Below, piece by piece: positions 36,176 to 51,347 of a DNA stretch of 64,000 nucleotides (position 1 is its first letter; every line of letters begins with the position of its first letter). The position numbers were made by a program, and so were the translations under genes. The notes under the pieces were generated by a model, which made no database searches, was not told where the DNA came from, and saw only the letters and a list, made by a program, of their open reading frames with translations. The DNA comes from Escherichia coli (GTDB taxonomy: Bacteria; Pseudomonadota; Gammaproteobacteria; Enterobacterales; Enterobacteriaceae): NCBI RefSeq assembly GCF_030013205.1, contig NZ_CP122648.1. The stretch is one strand, 5' to 3'.

Positions 36176-37162
36176 TTACACTACGCCTGCACGCAGTAAA
36201 TCATGCATATGTAACACACCGAGTAAATGGTCGCCATCGGCAACCATCACGGAGGTGATATGGCGGGACTGCATTAAGTTCAGTGCCTCAACGGCCAGAA
36301 TGCCAGGGCGCACGCGTATTCCCCCCGGCGTCATAACATCGGCAATACTTAACTGACGAACATCCACGCCCATATCGAAGACACGGCGTAAATCACCGTC
36401 GGTAAAGATGCCTTCAATCATCATATTGTCATCGCAAATGACAGTCATACCAAGATTTTTGCGGGTAACTTCCAGCAATGCGTCACGCAGACTGGCCGTT
36501 TTCTTAACATGCGGGATCTCATCGCCCGTATGCATAATATCGTTTACGCGCAGCAGAAGTTTACGACCCAGTGCGCCGCCTGGATGTGAGAGCGCAAAAT
36601 CTTCGGCAGTAAAGCCGCGTGCTTTTAACAGCGCGACAGCGAGGGCATCGCCCATAACCAGCGTGGCGGTGGTGCTGCTGGTCGGTGCCAGCCCTAACGG
36701 ACAGGCTTCTTTCGCTACTTTAACACACAGATGAACATCTGCGGCGCGCGCCATGCTGCTCTCCGGGCGACCGGTGATGCAGATTAACGGTACGTGAAGA
36801 CGCTTAAGCACTGGAATTAAGGCCGTGATTTCGCTGGATTCACCTGAGTTAGAGATAGCAATCACCACATCCTGTGGGGTGACCATGCCTAAATCACCAT
36901 GCGCGGCTTCACCAGGATGGACGAAAAATGAAGGTGTACCGGTGCTGGCAAACGTTGCCGCCATTTTGCGCCCAATATGCCCCGATTTCCCCATCCCCAT
37001 GACGACAACTTTCCCTTTACACCAGAACATCTTTTCACAGGCAAGCGTGAAATTCTGATTGATGTATTGATCAAGCTCCGCCAGGCATTCACGTTCAATC
37101 GCCAGGACTTCTTTACCTGCTTGCTGAAAGTCAAAACCCGGTTGTAACTCTACGTGCGACAT
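36176..37162 (-). CDS. kdsD: D-arabinose-5-phosphate isomerase
   Basis: 328 aa from MSHVELQPGFDFQQAGKEVL; SIS domain plus tandem CBS. Confidence 0.95.
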   Translation of the reverse strand: MSHVELQPGFDFQQAGKEVLAIERECLAELDQYINQNFTLACEKMFWCKGKVVVMGMGKSGHIGRKMAATFASTGTPSFFVHPGEAAHGDLGMVTPQDVVIAISNSGESSEITALIPVLKRLHVPLICITGRPESSMARAADVHLCVKVAKEACPLGLAPTSSTTATLVMGDALAVALLKARGFTAEDFALSHPGGALGRKLLLRVNDIMHTGDEIPHVKKTASLRDALLEVTRKNLGMTVICDDNMMIEGIFTDGDLRRVFDMGVDVRQLSIADVMTPGGIRVRPGILAVEALNLMQSRHITSVMVADGDHLLGVLHMHDLLRAGVV

Positions 37163-37175
37163 AATGCGTTTCCAG

Positions 37176-38153
37176 TTATTCAACGAGTATTGGCGATAAC
37201 CAGTACAACATCGCCAGCCATACGATAAATCCGCCAGTTAATAATACCCCTACACCACGGCCCGATTGCGGGGAGCGCCGCCAGCACAGCAACGCAAAAA
37301 TAATGCTCACCAGCAACATCACGCTGTAGTCACGACTGTACGCCAGTGGATCAATCTCTCCTGGCGTTATCAGCGCGGGTAAACCCAACACGATGACAAT
37401 ATTAAAAATGTTTGCGCCAATGATATTTCCGACAGCAATGTCGTTTTCACCTTTGCGAACCCCCGCTATTGCGGTTGCCAGTTCCGGCAGGCTGGTTCCG
37501 ATAGCAATTGCCGTCAGCCCCATCGTCAACTCGCTGATGGCAAAGTAATTCGCCAGCACCGTGGCGTTATCAACCACCATCCGCGTGGCCACTGGCATGA
37601 TGATAAGCGCAATGCCGAGCCATAAAAACGCGACGGGCAATCCACCTTCACGCGGCAGCTCTGCAAGCTGCTCTCTGGTCAGACTGTCAGTCCCCTGACG
37701 TTCAGCCTGACGTGCAAGTTTAACAATGAACAGCAGCCATAGCACAGCCAGAAAGAGGAGAAAGATACCATCGCTGCGACTAAGTTGTCCGTCATAGAGT
37801 ACGGAACCGGCCACCACGCTGACCAACAACATTAAGGGTAATTCACGGCGTAGAACATCAGAATGGACGGTAAAAGGACGAACCAGCGCAGCCAGACCGA
37901 GGATCAGCAATATATTGATAATGTTTGAGCCGAGGGCTGTACCAACGGCTAAATCGCGTTGTTCGTGCAGAGACGCGGCAAGCGAGACGATGATTTCTGG
38001 TAACGATGTACCAATACTGACCACCGTCATGCCGATGATCAGCGGCGGGATGCCAAAGGTTCGGCAAAGAATAGACGCGGCAAAAACCAGGCGGTCGGCA
38101 CTGTAAACGACCAAAAGTAAACCAACAATTAACAGTGCCGTAGCTAAAAGCAT
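37176..38153 (-). CDS. yrbG: CaCA-family cation antiporter YrbG
   Basis: 325 aa polytopic membrane protein MLLATALLIVGLLLVVYSADRL... with duplicated GTSLPE motifs. Confidence 0.92.
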   Translation of the reverse strand: MLLATALLIVGLLLVVYSADRLVFAASILCRTFGIPPLIIGMTVVSIGTSLPEIIVSLAASLHEQRDLAVGTALGSNIINILLILGLAALVRPFTVHSDVLRRELPLMLLVSVVAGSVLYDGQLSRSDGIFLLFLAVLWLLFIVKLARQAERQGTDSLTREQLAELPREGGLPVAFLWLGIALIIMPVATRMVVDNATVLANYFAISELTMGLTAIAIGTSLPELATAIAGVRKGENDIAVGNIIGANIFNIVIVLGLPALITPGEIDPLAYSRDYSVMLLVSIIFALLCWRRSPQSGRGVGVLLTGGFIVWLAMLYWLSPILVE

Positions 38154-38362
38154 CTAACGTCCTTTCTTCAGGTATACTCGCCGGTCCGCTGAAGATTTTC
38201 AGAAAGCCGTAACGGATTCTTAATTTTGACTTTATGCGGCTAAAAAGTAAAACAAATGCCAGCTTTCGCTAACCACGGCGGGTAATATTCTGTAAATATG
38301 TTGGGTTCAAGGTTAAATTGAGCGCCATGCTTAGAAAATCAACGCAAGACGAAGGGTGAATT

Positions 38363-39962
<1,600 letters not shown>

Positions 39963-39966
39963 GTTC

Positions 39967-40518
39967 ATGCAAACGAAAAAAAATGAAATTTGGGTGGGTA
40001 TCTTTTTATTAGCAGCACTACTGGCGGCGCTGTTTGTTTGCCTGAAGGCGGCGAACGTGACGTCCATACGTACTGAACCGACCTACACGCTTTATGCGAC
40101 GTTCGATAACATTGGCGGCCTGAAAGCGCGCTCTCCGGTCAGCATTGGTGGTGTTGTTGTGGGCCGGGTGGCGGATATTACGCTGGACCCGAAAACCTAT
40201 CTGCCGCGCGTAACGCTGGAAATTGAACAACGTTATAACCACATTCCTGATACCAGTTCGCTGAGCATTCGTACTTCCGGCCTGCTGGGGGAACAATATC
40301 TGGCATTAAACGTCGGTTTTGAAGACCCGGAACTGGGGACTGCTATCCTGAAGGATGGCGATACAATTCAGGACACCAAGTCTGCGATGGTGCTGGAAGA
40401 TCTTATTGGTCAGTTCCTTTACGGTAGTAAAGGCGATGACAATAAGAATAGTGGCGATGCGCCAGCTGCTGCGCCAGGTAATAATGAAACCACTGAACCT
40501 GTGGGTACAACGAAATAA
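39967..40518 (+). CDS. mlaD: MCE-domain phospholipid transport protein MlaD
   Basis: 183 aa from MQTKKNEIWVGIFLLAALLAALF. Confidence 0.94.
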   Translation: MQTKKNEIWVGIFLLAALLAALFVCLKAANVTSIRTEPTYTLYATFDNIGGLKARSPVSIGGVVVGRVADITLDPKTYLPRVTLEIEQRYNHIPDTSSLSIRTSGLLGEQYLALNVGFEDPELGTAILKDGDTIQDTKSAMVLEDLIGQFLYGSKGDDNKNSGDAPAAAPGNNETTEPVGTTK

Positions 40519-41171
<653 letters not shown>

Positions 41172-41172
<1 letters not shown>

Positions 41173-41465
41173 TGAGCGAGTCACTGAGCTGGATGCAGAC
41201 GGGTGACACGCTGGCGCTATCCGGAGAGCTGGATCAGGACGTTCTGCTACCGCTTTGGGAAATGCGTGAGGAAGCGGTGAAGGGGATTACCTGCATCGAT
41301 CTTAGCCGTGTGTCCCGCGTGGATACGGGTGGACTGGCATTGCTGCTCCATCTTATCGATCTGGCGAAAAAGCAGGGCAACAACGTGACGCTTCAGGGGG
41401 TAAACGACAAAGTGTATACCCTGGCGAAATTGTATAATTTGCCTGCTGATGTTCTGCCTCGTTAA
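41172..41465 (+). CDS. mlaB: STAS-domain protein MlaB
   Basis: 97 aa from MSESLSWMQTGDTLALSGELD (internal start of track ORF 41076..41465); start overlaps the mlaC stop. Confidence 0.92.
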
Positions 41466-41624
41466 ATTTTTTCAGGCCGGATATGGCGTTAACCGCCTGT
41501 CCGGCAAACCTGCCTGCAAGTCGAGCCTTGTCTGATTTATCAGCGAGGCTTTTTGCTTATTTATGCCAGCGCAACTTTGCTCTAAGATGTTTCGCTGGTT
41601 TATTAACTGATGATTGAAGATCCC

Positions 41625-41879
41625 ATGGAAAATAATGAAATTCAGAGCGTGTTGATGAACGCTCTCTCCCTCCAGGAAGTCCACGTTTCCGGCGATGGCA
41701 GCCACTTTCAGGTTATTGCCGTGGGTGAGTTGTTTGACGGCATGAGTCGGGTTAAAAAACAGCAGACGGTCTATGGCCCGCTGATGGAATATATTGCGGA
41801 TAACCGCATTCATGCTGTGTCGATCAAAGCGTATACCCCTGCGGAGTGGGCGCGCGATCGCAAACTGAACGGCTTTTGA
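41625..41879 (+). CDS. ibaG: BolA-family acid-stress protein IbaG
   Basis: 84 aa from [21 protein letters not shown] (internal ATG of track ORF). Confidence 0.92.
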
Positions 41880-41933
41880 GCTATGGGCGATTCGCCGGTA
41901 GCGGATATGAATTGTTAACTGAGAACAAACTAA

Positions 41934-43193
<1,260 letters not shown>

Positions 43194-43240
43194 TTGTCTG
43201 AGAGCTGGCAGCCCCGTTCGCGGGGCTACCGCCAGACCAC

Positions 43241-43519
43241 TCATTTTTTCGGTTTAGTGTAGCTACGCATCAACTGCGTTCTGTCGATAAACTCATGGGT
43301 CTGCGGATCATGGTAGCGAGATGGCCAGATAATCCAGGGGTCAGTTCCCAGGGCTTTCGCAATAATCATCTCTCCTTTCGGCCAGGGGCGCGATAATGCG
43401 TTCGCCAGCGTTGAGGAACTCAAACCATTTCTGCGAGATTCCGCCGCCATTGACGTTCCCTTCTTGCGCAAACCCGCAATGATGTCAGCGGGATGCCAGT
43501 CAATGAAATTACTTTCCAT
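43241..43519 (-). CDS. sfsB: Ner-like DNA-binding protein SfsB (Nlp)
   Basis: 92 aa MESNFIDWHPADIIAGLRKKGTSMAAESRRNGLSSSTLANAL... Confidence 0.93.
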   Translation of the reverse strand: MESNFIDWHPADIIAGLRKKGTSMAAESRRNGLSSSTLANALSRPWPKGEMIIAKALGTDPWIIWPSRYHDPQTHEFIDRTQLMRSYTKPKK

Positions 43520-43746
43520 CTTTCCTCACTCCTTAAGTTAGTCGCTTTCATTCAGAACATTTCTTCTGTCGGGCATCACTATACTCCTGATGGCGTATTG
43601 TTCTAAAAAGTTCCTGTAAAGAGTGTGAATATTCAGAATATATAAAGATGTACAGCCCTATTATTCAGGTGTTATAGAGCTGAATAAGTGTTTTTATGGA
43701 ATTTACTAGAACCATCCCGCGCGCTGCGCGGGATGCGGGGAGGGGA

Positions 43747-44718
43747 TTAACGATCGCGTTGAACAGCGATGTGCGCGAGGCCGATGAGTGCTTCTCGCCA
43801 CGGGGTGTCCGGGAGCACCTGTAACGCTGCGATGGCTTTGTCTGCTTCTTCCTCGGCACGCTGACGCGTCCATTCAAGAGAGCCACAAGCGTTCATTGCT
43901 TCCAGAACCGGTTCCAGAAGATGACGACCGTTACCCTGTTCGATGGCGGTACGAATCATCTGTGCCTGTTCTGGTGTGCCATGATGCATTGCATGCAGCA
44001 GCGGCAGCGTCGGTTTACCTTCGTTCAGATCGTCGCCGACGTTTTTACCTAACTGTTCGTCATCGGCATTGTAATCGAGTAAATCGTCGATCAACTGGAA
44101 AGCAGTGCCGAGATAGCGCCCATAATCCTGCAGGCCTTTCTCCTCCTCCGGCGTACAGCCAGCCAGAATCCCGGAACACTGCGCGGCAGCCTCAAACAGA
44201 CGCGCGGTTTTGCTATAGATAACGCGCATGTAGTTTTCTTCAGTGATGTCCGGATCGTTAACGTTCATCAGTTGCAGAACTTCACCTTCTGCGATGACGT
44301 TTACGGCTTCTGACATGACTTCCAGCACTTTGAGCGAACCGAGGCTGGTCATCATCTGGAACGCGCGGGTATAAATAAAATCGCCTACCAGCACGCTGGC
44401 GGCATTGCCAAATGCGGCGTTGGCGGTAGCTTTACCCCTGCGCATATCTGATTCATCCACAACGTCGTCGTGCAGCAGAGTCGCCGTGTGGATAAACTCG
44501 ATCAGGGCAGCAATGGTGACATGCGCATTTCCCTCATAGCCAACAGCTCGTGCAGCCAGTACAGCAATCATCGGACGAATACGTTTACCGCCGCCGCTGA
44601 CGATGTAATAGCCTAACTGATTGATCAGTTGGACGTCGGAATTAAGCTGCTCAAGGATTGTCGCATTAACACCCGCCATATCTTGCGCGGTTAACTCATT
44701 GATTTTTTCTAAATTCAT
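43747..44718 (-). CDS. ispB: octaprenyl diphosphate synthase
   Basis: 323 aa MNLEKINELTAQDMAGVNATILEQL...; DDxxD motifs (LLHDDVVDESD and QLIDDLLD). Confidence 0.96.
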   Translation of the reverse strand: MNLEKINELTAQDMAGVNATILEQLNSDVQLINQLGYYIVSGGGKRIRPMIAVLAARAVGYEGNAHVTIAALIEFIHTATLLHDDVVDESDMRRGKATANAAFGNAASVLVGDFIYTRAFQMMTSLGSLKVLEVMSEAVNVIAEGEVLQLMNVNDPDITEENYMRVIYSKTARLFEAAAQCSGILAGCTPEEEKGLQDYGRYLGTAFQLIDDLLDYNADDEQLGKNVGDDLNEGKPTLPLLHAMHHGTPEQAQMIRTAIEQGNGRHLLEPVLEAMNACGSLEWTRQRAEEEADKAIAALQVLPDTPWREALIGLAHIAVQRDR

Positions 44719-44940
44719 CGCAAAAGCCGGGCTTTTCGCCCCGATTACCTTACTGTGAACAAAGGCAACTTAGGGTTTATGGTTAGGAATATAGGGTGAT
44801 TGTACTGAAAAAATGGCACAGATAAACGTTACCGTACAAGTTGTGTTTTTTTTCTTCGTGTATTGACTGTAGCACTTGTCAAAGGCGTGCGTTTTGCGTA
44901 ATATTCGCGCCCTATTGTGAATATTTATAGCGCACTCTGA

Positions 44941-45566
<626 letters not shown>

Positions 45567-45591
45567 GTTTTTCGCGTCCCGGTAACGGATG

Positions 45592-45622
45592 AAAGCCCCG
45601 CAACACGTTGCGGGGCTTTTTA
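45592..45622 (+). terminator. intrinsic terminator after rplU-rpmA
   Basis: aaagccccgcaacacgttgcggggcttttt hairpin plus U-run. Confidence 0.75.
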
Positions 45623-45692
45623 CATTCGATAACCGGTAAAAATGCGCATGGTGCGACGTTAATCCGCAAATGCGCTTTGCAGGGAATACGGT

Positions 45693-46658
45693 ATGAAGCA
45701 GCAGGCAGGCATTGGCATTCTTTTGGCGCTCACCACAGCAATTTGCTGGGGGGCGTTGCCAATCGCAATGAAGCAGGTGCTGGAGGTGATGGAACCTCCG
45801 ACAATCGTGTTTTACCGTTTCTTGATGGCGAGTATTGGCCTTGGTGCCATTCTTGCGGTGAAGAAGAGGTTGCCGCCATTACGCGTGTTTCGTAAGCCAC
45901 GCTGGTTGATTTTGTTGGCAGTGGCGACCGCCGGGCTGTTTGGGAACTTCATCCTGTTCAGCTCATCCTTGCAATACCTGAGTCCGACCGCTTCGCAGGT
46001 GATTGGGCAACTCTCGCCAGTTGGCATGATGGTTGCCAGCGTATTTATCCTGAAAGAGAAAATGCGCAGCACTCAGGTTGTAGGGGCATTGATGCTCCTG
46101 AGCGGCCTGGTGATGTTTTTTAACACCAGTCTGGTCGAGATATTTACAAAGCTCACCGATTACACCTGGGGAGTTATCTTTGGGGTCGGTGCTGCGACGG
46201 TTTGGGTGAGTTATGGCGTGGCGCAAAAGGTTTTATTGCGTCGGCTGGCCTCACCGCAGATTCTGTTTTTACTGTACACTTTATGTACAATTGCGCTCTT
46301 CCCTCTGGCAAAGCCTGGAGTGATAGCGCAGCTTAGCCACTGGCAGCTCGCATGTTTAATTTTTTGCGGACTGAATACATTGGTAGGATATGGCGCCCTG
46401 GCGGAAGCGATGGCTCGCTGGCAGGCAGCGCAGGTGAGCGCGATCATTACGCTCACCCCACTGTTTACGCTGTTTTTTTCAGATCTTTTATCACTGGCCT
46501 GGCCCGATTTCTTCGCCAGACCGATGTTAAACCTTTTAGGTTATCTCGGTGCGTTTGTCGTGGTTGCGGGCGCGATGTATTCCGCCATTGGTCATCGTAT
46601 TTGGGGCGGATTACGTAAGCATACAACGGTGGTATCGCAACCCCGCGCAGGCGAATGA
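45693..46658 (+). CDS. yhbE: EamA/DMT-family inner-membrane transporter YhbE
   Basis: 321 aa MKQQAGIGILLALTTAICWGALPIAMKQ...; 10 predicted TM helices. Confidence 0.92.
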   Translation: MKQQAGIGILLALTTAICWGALPIAMKQVLEVMEPPTIVFYRFLMASIGLGAILAVKKRLPPLRVFRKPRWLILLAVATAGLFGNFILFSSSLQYLSPTASQVIGQLSPVGMMVASVFILKEKMRSTQVVGALMLLSGLVMFFNTSLVEIFTKLTDYTWGVIFGVGAATVWVSYGVAQKVLLRRLASPQILFLLYTLCTIALFPLAKPGVIAQLSHWQLACLIFCGLNTLVGYGALAEAMARWQAAQVSAIITLTPLFTLFFSDLLSLAWPDFFARPMLNLLGYLGAFVVVAGAMYSAIGHRIWGGLRKHTTVVSQPRAGE

Positions 46659-47846
<1,188 letters not shown>

Positions 47847-47852
47847 TCAGCA

Positions 47853-47877
47853 AAACCCCGGCCATGTGCCGGGGTTT
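47853..47877. terminator. bidirectional terminator between obgE and dacB
   Basis: aaaaccccggccatgtgccggggttt hairpin between convergent genes. Confidence 0.7.
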
Positions 47878-47886
47878 CTCTTTAGA

Positions 47887-49320
47887 CTAATTGTTCTGGT
47901 AAATATCTTTATACAAACGGCTTTCAAAACGTACCAACGGAATACGGCGATTACGCTGATCCGCCGGTTCTACTGCATAGCCAGAAAGATATTGCACAAA
48001 CGCCATTCGTTGCCCGCTCGCTGTGGTAATGAATCCCGCCAGGTTATATACCCCCTGCAACGAACCGGTTTTCGCTGAGACTTTTCCATCCACGCCCGCC
48101 TGATGCAGACCTGCACGGTACTGCAAAGAGCCGTCATAGCCCGCCAGCGGCAGCATGGAGATAAAGTTAAGTTCATTGTCGTGTTGGGCAATGTATTGCA
48201 GCACCTGCATCATGGTGGCGGGGGCAATCAGGTTATGCCGCGAAAGCCCTGAACCATCGGCAATAATGGTGTTTCCAATATCGACACCGGCTTGCTGGCG
48301 CAGGATCTGACGCACGGCGTCCGACCCGGCCCGCCATGTTCCGGGCACATTGAAGCGCGCATGGCCTATCATGCGGAAAACCGTATCGGCGATCATGTTG
48401 TCTGACTTTTTCAGCATAATCTTAAGCAGATCGTGCAGCGGGGCCGACTGTTTACTGGCAACTACCGTTCCAGGTTCGTTAACCTGAGTCTGGCGCAGCA
48501 GTGTTCCGCTCCAGGTGATACCCGCCTGTTTTAACTCATCTTTCAGAATTGCCCCGGCATAGCTGGCTCCATCCTGCACGGCAAAAGCCAACGGGAGCGG
48601 CTCAGAACGTTGCGGCAGGCATCCCGTCAGCGTAAAGCGGTTCAGCTCGCCTGGTACGACATCCAGTTCGCAGTATTGCGCTTCGGCAGAACCACGGGGG
48701 AGGGTGCGTACCTGGCTGAACATCGTAACGGGGTAATAAGATGCCACGCGTATAAAAGCCATATCACCAGGTTTTGGGGCACTGTAGAGCGAGACGGAGA
48801 AACAGTTGCGGTCAACTATGGCGGCGGCAGGCGGAGCGCTAAAGCATTGTGTCATGTCATTCCATGGCCAGCCGGGGGCTTTATCGTGGCTGGCGAAAAT
48901 GGAGGTATCTATAAACACATTGCCATCGATTTGGTTGACGCCAGATTTTTTCAAAGTCGCGACCATATTGCGAATATCCTGACGTCTTAACGTCGGATCG
49001 GCACCAAATCGCGCCACTAAGTCACCCTTAAGTACGCCGTTTTCCACATTGCCTTTGGTTTCAAGCGTCGTGGTAAAACGAAAATCGGGGCCGAGTTGAA
49101 TCAACGCCGCCAGTGCAGTAATCACTTTCTGCGTACTGGCGGGCAGCGCCATCTGCTGACTGTGGTAATCAATAGCGGGGGCCGACGCGCCGACTTTTTG
49201 CACCATCAGGGCAAGGTTGGCACCAGCGGGGAGTTGAGTAATGTACTCATCAACATTTGCGGCCTGAACACTGAACGCTATACAGCTGGTCAATCCGATG
49301 ATAAATCTGGAAAATCGCAT
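47887..49320 (-). CDS. dacB: D-alanyl-D-alanine carboxypeptidase/endopeptidase PBP4
   Basis: 477 aa MRFSRFIIGLTSCIAFSVQAANVDEY...; SxxK active site STQK. Confidence 0.96.
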   Translation of the reverse strand: MRFSRFIIGLTSCIAFSVQAANVDEYITQLPAGANLALMVQKVGASAPAIDYHSQQMALPASTQKVITALAALIQLGPDFRFTTTLETKGNVENGVLKGDLVARFGADPTLRRQDIRNMVATLKKSGVNQIDGNVFIDTSIFASHDKAPGWPWNDMTQCFSAPPAAAIVDRNCFSVSLYSAPKPGDMAFIRVASYYPVTMFSQVRTLPRGSAEAQYCELDVVPGELNRFTLTGCLPQRSEPLPLAFAVQDGASYAGAILKDELKQAGITWSGTLLRQTQVNEPGTVVASKQSAPLHDLLKIMLKKSDNMIADTVFRMIGHARFNVPGTWRAGSDAVRQILRQQAGVDIGNTIIADGSGLSRHNLIAPATMMQVLQYIAQHDNELNFISMLPLAGYDGSLQYRAGLHQAGVDGKVSAKTGSLQGVYNLAGFITTASGQRMAFVQYLSGYAVEPADQRNRRIPLVRFESRLYKDIYQNN

Positions 49321-49435
49321 AATCTCGCGCTAACAACCTGGAATCGAGCCGTCATACTACGGCGCAACGCCCTATAAAGTAAACGATGACCCTTCGGGAA
49401 CTTCAGGGTAAAATGACTATCAAAATGTGAATTGT

Positions 49436-49476
49436 AGCTGACCTGGGACTTGTACCCGGGTCGGTATTTTTTTGCT
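49436..49476 (+). promoter_or_regulatory. greA leader terminator/attenuator (GraL-like)
   Basis: hairpin gacctgggacttgtacccgggtc followed by T7 run about 90 bp upstream of the greA ATG; consistent with the known greA leader RNA. Confidence 0.5.
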
Positions 49477-49567
49477 TCTGGTCCCGGTGAGGAGTTATGC
49501 CGGGCAGGCCGAACAGCCGGGGTGGGTGAAGACTTGCCCCATCAGGAATATTCAAGAGGTATAACAA

Positions 49568-50044
<477 letters not shown>

Positions 50045-50087
50045 GAATTACCCAATACTCAAGATGTTGATGTATTGTAAAGAAAGG

Positions 50088-50114
50088 AAAAAGGCCGCTA
50101 TGCGGCCTTTTATC
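50088..50114. terminator. bidirectional terminator between greA and yhbY
   Basis: aaaaaggccgctatgcggccttttat hairpin between convergent genes. Confidence 0.7.
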
Positions 50115-50199
50115 AACGAACAGAGCGTGGCATTTTGCTCTCCTGCCTGCGGAAAACCCCTCGTTTTACACAGCAAATGTGTGTAACTTTAGGATAATC

Positions 50200-50493
50200 T
50201 TAGCGTGGCAGCGAGATTTTACGTTCTTTAGTTGGGCGATAAAGCACCAGCGTTTTACCGATGACCTGTACATTACAGGCGCCGGTTTCGCGCACGATAG
50301 CTTCCACGATCAAGGTTTTAGTTTCGCGATCTTCGGTGGCGATTTTCACCTTGATGAGTTCATGGTGCTCTAACGCTTGTTCAATCTCGGCCAGCACCCC
50401 TTCGGTCAAACCATTACTGCCAAGCAGAACAACTGGCTTGAGCGGATGTGCCAGACCTTTCAGGTGCTGTTTTTGTTTAGTACTCAGATTCAT
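50200..50493 (-). CDS. yhbY: CRS1/YhbY-family RNA-binding protein
   Basis: 97 aa MNLSTKQKQHLKGLAHPLKPVVLLGSNGLTEGV... Confidence 0.95.
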   Translation of the reverse strand: MNLSTKQKQHLKGLAHPLKPVVLLGSNGLTEGVLAEIEQALEHHELIKVKIATEDRETKTLIVEAIVRETGACNVQVIGKTLVLYRPTKERKISLPR

Positions 50494-50618
50494 CGTATTT
50501 TTTGCTTACGTTGGGATTGAAAACGGGTCATTCTACCGCCATCTCCCATATATCGCCAAATAGGCGCGTAAAAATTTACGCAATTGGTTACGATGAGTTA
50601 TCCCCATGGGAAAGTTAA

Positions 50619-51248
50619 ATGACAGGTAAGAAGCGTTCTGCCAGCTCCAGCCGCTGGCTTCAGGAACACTTTAGCGATAAATATGTTCAACAGGCACAGA
50701 AAAAGGGGTTACGTTCCCGTGCCTGGTTTAAACTTGATGAAATACAGCAAAGTGACAAACTCTTTAAACCGGGAATGACGGTTGTCGACCTTGGTGCTGC
50801 GCCGGGTGGTTGGTCACAATATGTGGTCACCCAAATTGGCGGCAAAGGCCGTATCATCGCTTGCGATCTTTTACCTATGGATCCTATCGTTGGTGTGGAC
50901 TTTCTTCAGGGCGATTTTCGTGATGAACTGGTGATGAAAGCACTGCTGGAGCGCGTTGGCGACAGCAAAGTCCAGGTTGTCATGTCCGATATGGCACCAA
51001 ACATGAGCGGAACACCGGCGGTGGATATCCCCCGTGCCATGTATCTGGTGGAACTGGCGCTAGAAATGTGTCGTGATGTATTAGCGCCAGGTGGCAGTTT
51101 TGTAGTGAAGGTGTTCCAGGGCGAAGGTTTCGATGAGTATCTAAGGGAAATTCGCTCCCTGTTTACGAAGGTCAAAGTTCGTAAGCCGGACTCTTCTCGT
51201 GCACGTTCGCGGGAAGTGTATATTGTAGCGACCGGGCGTAAACCCTAA
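50619..51248 (+). CDS. rlmE: 23S rRNA U2552 2'-O-methyltransferase RlmE/FtsJ
   Basis: 209 aa [42 protein letters not shown]...; SAM motif [11 protein letters not shown]. Confidence 0.96.
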
Positions 51249-51347
51249 CCGGGAGATTTCAGACGAAAGTTTGAAAGATGCTGGATATAGAGTATCCTGA
51301 CGCTGTTTTTAACACAGTTGTAATAAGAGGTTAATCCCTTGAGTGAC

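Noticed and set aside
43715-43740. GC-rich hairpin atcccgcgcgctgcgcgggat downstream of ispB, considered as a REP/BIME element
   Set aside because: Single copy, directly after the ispB stop; most simply an ispB terminator-type hairpin, not a dispersed repeat family that I can demonstrate.
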